Shown: positions 62,292 through 64,000 of the stretch, one piece after another | Numbering within the stretch: the first letter of the stretch is position 1 | How the letters are laid out: each line of letters begins with the position of its first letter | Assembly: GCA_965204755.1 (NCBI GenBank) | Contig: OZ242011.1 | Coordinates: forward strand, 3,168,001 to 3,232,000 | Source of the DNA: Candidatus Marinacidobacterium sp. | GTDB lineage: Bacteria; Acidobacteriota; Vicinamibacteria; Marinacidobacterales; Marinacidobacteraceae | Length of the DNA stretch: 64,000 nt | Reading direction: 5' to 3' | Translations under genes and position numbers: made by a program | The notes under the pieces: generated by a model | What the model was told of the DNA's origin: nothing | Databases searched by the model: none | The model's input: only the letters and a program-made list of their open reading frames with translations

Positions 62292-63025
62292 CCGCGGCGC
62301 CTTCCCGATCTCAGCGCCGGAAGGTGGCGATAGTAGGGCGGTCCCCAGTCCTCATCCGGGTTGTCGAGCATGATCTCGACGAAGACCGGGACGAGGAACT
62401 CCATGATGCGAGCGCCGGTCGTGACGGTGTCGCGGTTGAGAGTACTGTTCCAAGTCGAGCCGCCGTGCACCAACTGGTTGCGCAGCGTGTAGAGACGCTC
62501 GAAGAGAGTCGTGAGTACGGGTTTGGTCCGCTGTTCTCCCAGACTCCGGAACACGCGGCGGTTGGCTCCGGCGAACCAATACTTCCACTTCGCGTTTCCG
62601 GGCTTCCCGTTGGCGTGATCCCAGAAGGGGCCGAACAGGTATTCACTGGAGAGCAGTACTCTGACGGGGCCGGAGTACTTCGCCCAAATCGCGTCGAAGA
62701 TCTTGCTGTCCCGGTCCGAGCGAAGAAGCCGGCCGAAGAACTTGGCGAACTCACGCCGCTCCGTAGGCTCCTTGCCACCGGCTTCCTGACGCTCCCGGTC
62801 GGGAGATTCCGCCGAGACATCCCGGGCGTAAGCAGCGTTGAAGGCGATCCAGTAGAGGATGAAGGCGACATCGTGATCCCCGGCGTCGCGCTCCTGCTCG
62901 GCTCGCCGCAGCCACCGGATGGCGCGGTAGGTGCGGAGAGCGAGCGGGCCGAACGCCTTCCCGCGTTCCCATCTGCTCTCGTGCTTTCGCTGCAGGCTCT
63001 CGGCGGTGGGCGCCTGATGAGTCAT
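62288..63025 (-). CDS. HEPN-domain protein (paralog 1)
   Basis: RAIRWL.RAE, FILYWIAFNAAY, LYTLRNQLVHGG (RxxxxH), WGPPYY. Confidence 0.8.
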   Translation of the reverse strand: MTHQAPTAESLQRKHESRWERGKAFGPLALRTYRAIRWLRRAEQERDAGDHDVAFILYWIAFNAAYARDVSAESPDRERQEAGGKEPTERREFAKFFGRLLRSDRDSKIFDAIWAKYSGPVRVLLSSEYLFGPFWDHANGKPGNAKWKYWFAGANRRVFRSLGEQRTKPVLTTLFERLYTLRNQLVHGGSTWNSTLNRDTVTTGARIMEFLVPVFVEIMLDNPDEDWGPPYYRHLPALRSGRRRG

Positions 63026-63108
63026 CCCAAGAAATCTCTGCGCGCGCCAATTCTATGGCTTCTCCGCCGATTCCGGTGAGGAACGATGCCTCCCGCGACG
63101 CGGGCGGA

Positions 63109-63777
63109 TCAGCCCCGGGGCCGCCTCTGCTGCAGCCCGGGCCGATAGTAGGGGCGTCCCCAGTCCCCGCCCGGGTTGCGACGCGTAATCTCCACGAAGA
63201 CGGGGACCAGGGCCGCCATGAGGTGCGCGCCGTGACCTACGGAGTCCCGGTTGCGGTCACCGCCCCAAGTCGCCCCGCCGTGGACCAGTTGGTTGCGCAG
63301 CGTCTTGAGTCGTTGGAATACGAGGTCGAGGATCATCCCCGGCGCCGCGCGGTCGTCGATCCGTGAAAGCGCGTCGCGGACGCGCGCCGTCTCCCGATCG
63401 AACTTCTCCCTCCACCGGGCATTCCGTGACCTCCCATTCATGAAGAGCCAATAGGGCTCGTAGAGATACCGGTTCGCTACCAGAGCCTTGATACGGCCGG
63501 CGTTTTCTCGGATGGCGTTCTGGATGTCCCGGCTGCCGTCGGAATCCAAGAGGGTCTGAAAGTAGGCCCGTATCTCGTCGCGGGTCCGGGGAGCGTCGGA
63601 GGCGAAATCGGGCGAGACATCGGTAGCGAAGGCTGCGTTGAACGCGACCCAGTAGAGGATGAACGCCACATCCAGGTCGCCGGCCTCCCGTTCGCCGACG
63701 GCGCGCTTCAACCAAGCGTCCGCCCGGCGCATGCGTACCCGGAAGTGGTACGCCCGGTCGTCTCCTGCCGGGGACAT
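63109..63777 (-). CDS. HEPN-domain protein (paralog 2)
   Basis: RADAWLKRA, FILYWVAFNAAF, LKTLRNQLVHGGATW, WGRPYY. Confidence 0.8.
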   Translation of the reverse strand: MSPAGDDRAYHFRVRMRRADAWLKRAVGEREAGDLDVAFILYWVAFNAAFATDVSPDFASDAPRTRDEIRAYFQTLLDSDGSRDIQNAIRENAGRIKALVANRYLYEPYWLFMNGRSRNARWREKFDRETARVRDALSRIDDRAAPGMILDLVFQRLKTLRNQLVHGGATWGGDRNRDSVGHGAHLMAALVPVFVEITRRNPGGDWGRPYYRPGLQQRRPRG

Positions 63778-63863
63778 CGCGAAACTCGGGCCGGAGCGGG
63801 CGACTTAGGGGCCGATGTGCCCCCGTCGGGCGATCTCCCCGGCAAGCGCGGCCCTATCGACCG

Positions 63864-64000
63864 TCATTCCCGGAATCGTCCGCTCTTCAGGCCGGGTGGG
63901 TACATGGGCACGCCCCAGCACTTCTGCGGGTTGGCCCGCATGAGGTCCACGAGGATCGGGACGAGGCGATCCATGACCCGGGCGCTGTTGCGAACGGAGT
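63864..64000 (-). CDS. C-terminus of a third HEPN paralog (runs off the window)
   Basis: SVRNSARVMDRLVPILVDLMRANPQKCWGVPMYPPGL aligns with DSVGHGAHLMAALVPVFVEITRRNPGGDWGRPYYRPGL of paralog 2; TGA at 63866-63864. Confidence 0.75.
   Translation of the reverse strand, partial: SVRNSARVMDRLVPILVDLMRANPQKCWGVPMYPPGLKSGRFRE

Noticed and set aside
63026-63863. Integron attC sites between the HEPN genes
   Set aside because: Intergenic segments share no repeat and lack RYYYAAC/GTTRRRY boxes

Overview
Very GC-rich bacterial chromosomal window. The gene set (DUF507 pair, DUF5916, PQQ-propeller, DUF4097, outer-membrane barrels) suggests a diderm such as an Acidobacteriota member; that is inference only. 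From the left: a CRISPR-Cas locus with type I-G (I-U) effector genes csb1-csb2-cas3-csb3, an adaptation module resembling type I-C (frameshifted cas4, cas1, cas2) and a 37-bp-repeat array with a decaying trailer; a tctCBA-MmgE/PrpD-CocE catabolic operon; asnS, rimO and rimP-nusA-infB-DUF503-rbfA-truB; rpsO-pnp; purC; rpsT; an Mrp antiporter operon without MrpA; tRNA-Asp; a CxxU selenoprotein missed by the ORF track; mmsA; two TetR genes; groESL. Several candidate defence modules lie between housekeeping genes: ATPase+DUF4143, ATPase+TOPRIM, ATPase+PIN and at least three tandem HEPN paralogs. Two patterns are not explained by gene lists: (i) AGCT and ACGT are nearly absent, replaced by AGTT/AACT and ATGT/ACAT, and survive only in accessory genes; (ii) mini-ORFs bridge intra-operon gaps with NTGA overlaps at both ends. 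Family calls come from motif recognition by eye, no searches were run, and single-base indels may be sequencing errors.
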